Below are positions 61,733 through 64,000 of a stretch of DNA of 64,000 nt, piece by piece (position 1 is the stretch's first letter; the number at the start of each line of letters is the position of its first letter). A program made the position numbers and the translations under genes. The stretch is from Octopus sinensis (taxonomy: Eukaryota): positions 39,494,001 through 39,558,000 of the forward strand of contig NC_042997.1 of NCBI RefSeq assembly GCF_006345805.1, read 5' to 3'. Under the pieces are notes generated by a model. That model was not told where the DNA came from and searched no databases. It worked only from the letters and a program-made list of their open reading frames with translations.

Positions 61733-64000
61733 ATCATCATCATCATCATCATTTAACGTCCGCTTTCCATGCTAGCATGGGTTGGACGGTTCAACTGGTG
61801 TCTGGGGAGCCCGAAGGCTGCACCAGGCCAGTCAGATCTGGCAGTGTTTCTACAGCTGGATGCCCTTCCTAACGCCAACCACTCCGAGAGTGTAGTGGGT
61901 GATTTTATGTGCCACCGACACAGGTGCCAGACGAGGCTGGCTAACGGCCACGCTCGGATGGTGTTTTTATGTGCCACCGACACAGGTGCCAGACAAGGCT
62001 GGCAACGACCACGCTCGGATGGTGTTTTTATGTGCCACCGACACAGGTGCCAGACGAGGCTGGTGAACGGCCACGCTCGGATGGTGTTTTTATGTGCCAC
62101 CGACACAGGTGCCAGACAAGGCTAGCAGACGACCACGCTCGGATGGTGTTTTTATGTGCCACCGACACAGGTGCCAGACGAGGCTGGCGAACGGCCACGC
62201 TCGGATGGTGTTTTTATGTGCCACCGCACAGGTGCCAGACAAGGCTAGCAGACGACCACGCTCGGATGGTGTTTTTATGTGCCACCGACACAGGTGCCAG
62301 ACAAGGCTGGCAGACGCCACGCTCGGATGGTGTTTTTATGTGCCACCGACACAGGTGCCAGACGAGGCTGGCGAACGGCCACGCTCGGATGGTGTTTTTA
62401 TGTGCCACCGACACAGGTGCCAGACAAGGCTAGCAGACGACCACGCTCGGATGGTGTTTTTTTTTTTTTTTTTGTGCACCGACACAGGTGCCAGACGAGG
62501 CTGGCGAACGGCCACGCTCGGATGGTGTTTTTATGTGCCCCCGACACAGGTGCCAGACAAGGCTAGCAGACGACCACGCTCGGATGGTGTTTTTTTTTTT
62601 TTTTTTTATGTGCCACCGACACAGGTGCCAGACGAGGCTGGCGAACGGCCACGCTCGGATGGTGTTTTTATGTGCCACCGACACAGGAGCCAGATTAGGC
62701 TGGCGATCGGCCACGATTGGATGGTGATTGTTACGTGCCCACAGCATGGAGGCCAGTCGGTGCGGTACTGGCTACGCCCACGTTCGGATGGTATTCTTGT
62801 GTGCCACCGGCACTGGTACCACAAAGATACAAATTCCATTGATGTTCATCTATTTTGATTTTGTTTGATTTTCACTTGCCTCAACAGGTCTTCCCAAGTG
62901 TCACAAGAAGGCAGGTATGCACAGGTGGACTGACTACGTCCTAGGTAGGGGCCACAGGTTATGGCCTGACTAGTCTTGCCGGGTCTTCTCACGCACAGCA
63001 TACTTCCATAGGTCTCGGTCTCTAGTCATTTCCTTGGTGAGACCTAAAGTTCGTAGGTCGTGCTTCACCACTTCGTCCCAGGTTTTCCTGGGTCTACCTC
63101 TTCCACAGGTTCCCTCAACTGCTAGGGTGTAGCACTTTTGCACACAACTATCTTCAGCCATTCTCGTCATATGACCATACCAGCACAGCCGTCTCTCTTG
63201 CACACCACAACTGACGCTTCTTAGGTTCAACTTTTCTCTCAAGGTACTTACACTCTGACATTATGAACACTGACATTACACATCCATCGGAGCATACTGG
63301 CTTCATTTCTTGCGAGCTTACGCATATCCTCAGCAGTCACGGCCCATGTTTCACTACCATGTAGCATGGCTGTACGTACACATGCATCATAAAGTCTGCC
63401 TTTTACTCTGAGCGAGAGCCTTTTGTCACCAGCAGGGGTAAGAGCTCCCTAAACTTTGCCCAGGCTATTCTTACTCTAGCAGTTACACTTTCAGCACACC
63501 CACCCCCGCTACTAACTTGGTCTCCTAGGTAGCGGAAGCTATCAACTACTTCTAGTTTGTCTCCCTGGAACGTGGTAGAAGTTGGTCTCTGCACATTTCC
63601 AGTGTTTATTTCTCCTGAGCATCTGCCACATACGAAAACTATCTTCCCAGTTAGCCTACCTTTGACATTGCTGCACCTCTTATGTGTCCATAGCTTACAC
63701 TTGGTGCACCTTATAGAGTTTCTACCTACACCTTTTTACAGATCGAGCAGGGCCATCTACCTGAAGTCGTTTGTGGTTGGTCCACCTTCCTACTTATTAG
63801 GACTTTGGTTTTGGCTAGGTTGATTCTAAGGCCCTTCGACTCTAATCCTTGTTTCCACACCTGAAACTTCTCCTCCAGTTCTGATAGTGACTCAGCAATT
63901 AGAGCAAGGTCATCAGCATATAGGAGCTCCCAGGGGCATCCTGTCTTAAATTCTTCCGTTATTGCCTGGAGGACTATGATAAATAGGAGGGGGCTGAGGA
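61733..64000 (-). mobile_element. Relatively young RTE-clade LINE (3' UTR plus RT C-terminal half), continuing beyond the window
   Basis: GCPWELLYADDLALIAES (YADD at ~63910-63921), DSFRYLGD, RLCWYGHMTRM...GRGRPRKTWDEVVKHDL. (GAT)n tail. A few frameshifts. Confidence 0.9.
61905..62815. repeat. ~62-bp VNTR (about 13-15 copies, alternating variants) in the RTE 3' UTR
   Basis: Unit gtgccaccgacacaggtgccagacRaggctRgc...ccacgctcggatggtgtttttat. Confidence 0.92.

Noticed and set aside
61753-62858. Cys/His/Arg-rich ORFs
   Set aside because: Translations of the 62-bp VNTR in an RTE 3' UTR.

Overview
AT-rich, microsatellite- and transposon-dense animal genomic DNA. The SINE, RTE and Penelope-like repeat repertoire suggests a cephalopod (Octopus-like) genome; this is an inference. 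Two intron-containing genes converge. The last two coding exons of an unidentified + strand gene lie at 553-621 and 2585-2729. A giant 5.9-kb terminal coding exon of an unidentified - strand gene lies at 42619-48528 (about 1969 aa, mostly low-complexity). Between them is a 14.6-kb array of a 33-bp unit (about 440 copies, 24474-39069) with higher-order structure. The array expanded inside the last codons of a decayed HERO/NeSL-like restriction-like-endonuclease (RLE) retrotransposon ORF. The window also holds several Penelope-type minimal hammerhead ribozyme (HHR) motifs. The best preserved are at 22003-22063 and an inverted pair at 41710-42029, and most sit in fold-back palindromes within (TA)n-type microsatellites. 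Other content: R4/Dong, RTE, CR1 and Penelope LINE remnants, tRNA-derived SINEs, MITEs, non-autonomous Helitrons, a 385-bp inverted duplication and a 62-bp VNTR in an RTE 3' UTR.
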